This document shows, one piece after another, positions 63,207 through 64,000 of a stretch of DNA of 64,000 bases. The DNA comes from Rebecca billardiae RCC1528 (taxonomy: Eukaryota > Protista > Haptophyta). Within the stretch, counting starts at the first letter, position 1. Every line of letters starts with the position of its first letter. Location of the stretch: NCBI GenBank assembly GCA_965240325.2, contig OZ251244.1, forward strand, positions 1,054,001 to 1,118,000, written 5' to 3'. The translations under genes and the position numbers were made by a program. A model generated the notes under the pieces. The model saw only the letters and a program-made list of their open reading frames with translations, searched no databases and was not told the DNA's origin.

Positions 63207-64000
63207 GTCGCACGAGAAGCAAGGTCCAAATGCAAATGGCTCACCACTCCAAGCAGGCGGCGTCTCGCACGCGCACGATCAGCGAAGACTGAAGACGACG
63301 CTGATTAATAGACGAGGCGGCAGCTCTATTAATCAAGGGAGATCGCCGCTAGCTACCGTGTGCAAGACCGCGCGGGAAGTTGGAGCTTCTCACTCACTGT
63401 AGAACTACTTGTACAGAAGCTTCTGAGCCTCGATGAATCGGTTCATACTCACGGCCGAGCGATGGTGAGCCGCAGTCCGAGCTTGCAAGGGCGCACCCTA
63501 CCACACGCTCCGCGAGGGGTTTACCTCCCCTGGGGGCGTATAGTCCCCCGGGCCGCCGCTGCGCTACTGTACTGGAGACCGCTAACCCGGACTGCTGGCA
63601 GACAGCGCTGAGCGCGCGCACCGCGGCGTCTGGGCGCGCGCGCCACCTTTGCACGGCCGTCGAGTTGCCGTGCAAAGGTGGCGCGTTGCTTGCGTGGTAT
63701 CGGACCCCTGCCATGCCTCGCTCTGCGCCCCGCAGCTTGCTCCTCGCCGACATTGCCGCGCCCACGATGAGCGCGCATGCGAGCGTCGCCTCACGGAATG
63801 AGCAATGTGCGCCGGCCGGCGTGGGATGCGATCAGCTCGGGGCACGAGCTCCGCTGACCGCGGGAACATGTACCTATGCGCAAGCCGCGCCGCCTTGAGC
63901 CACCGATCGTGAGCATGACATGCCTCTCGCGCGCAACTTGTCTTCGTGCCCTTGTGACTATGGCCCCGGACTGCCCGTGACAGGACGACTCGTCAGAGCA

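Overview
A very GC- and CpG-rich eukaryotic nuclear window with short GTGCG…CAG spliceosomal introns and several proteins carrying signal-plus-transit presequences. This points to an alga with a secondary plastid, most plausibly a haptophyte (inference only). Left part: a 4-exon LZTFL1/BBS17 gene, a secreted LpqC/PHB-depolymerase-like esterase, and two near-identical S53 sedolisin genes on a ~3.2 kb segmental duplication. Between the sedolisin copies lies a young, intact Ty1/copia LTR retrotransposon whose gag-protease and integrase-RT-RNaseH ORFs appear joined by a -1 slippery site. Next is a 222-bp tandem array in which every unit begins with the first 21 nt of the tRNA-Leu(AAG) gene that ends the array. 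Middle: an Sfi1-like repeat ORF, tRNA-Leu(TAG), and three head-to-head pairs: PTPS-III/NusG, DUF442-persulfide dioxygenase (Blh-like)/YeeE-YedE transporter, and BPNT1-like PAP phosphatase/YjbQ. The last two pairs form a candidate eukaryotic sulfur module. Right part: a MITE-like element, two Cys-rich/Gly-rich paralogs, a TET/JBP-like 2OG-Fe(II) dioxygenase, a ~1.6 kb palindrome, a CPBP-EF-hand protein, a broken SWIM ORF and a multi-TM TIR-like gene. Most ORFs in the supplied track are GC-driven shadows. Family calls rest on motifs recognised by eye; no searches were run.
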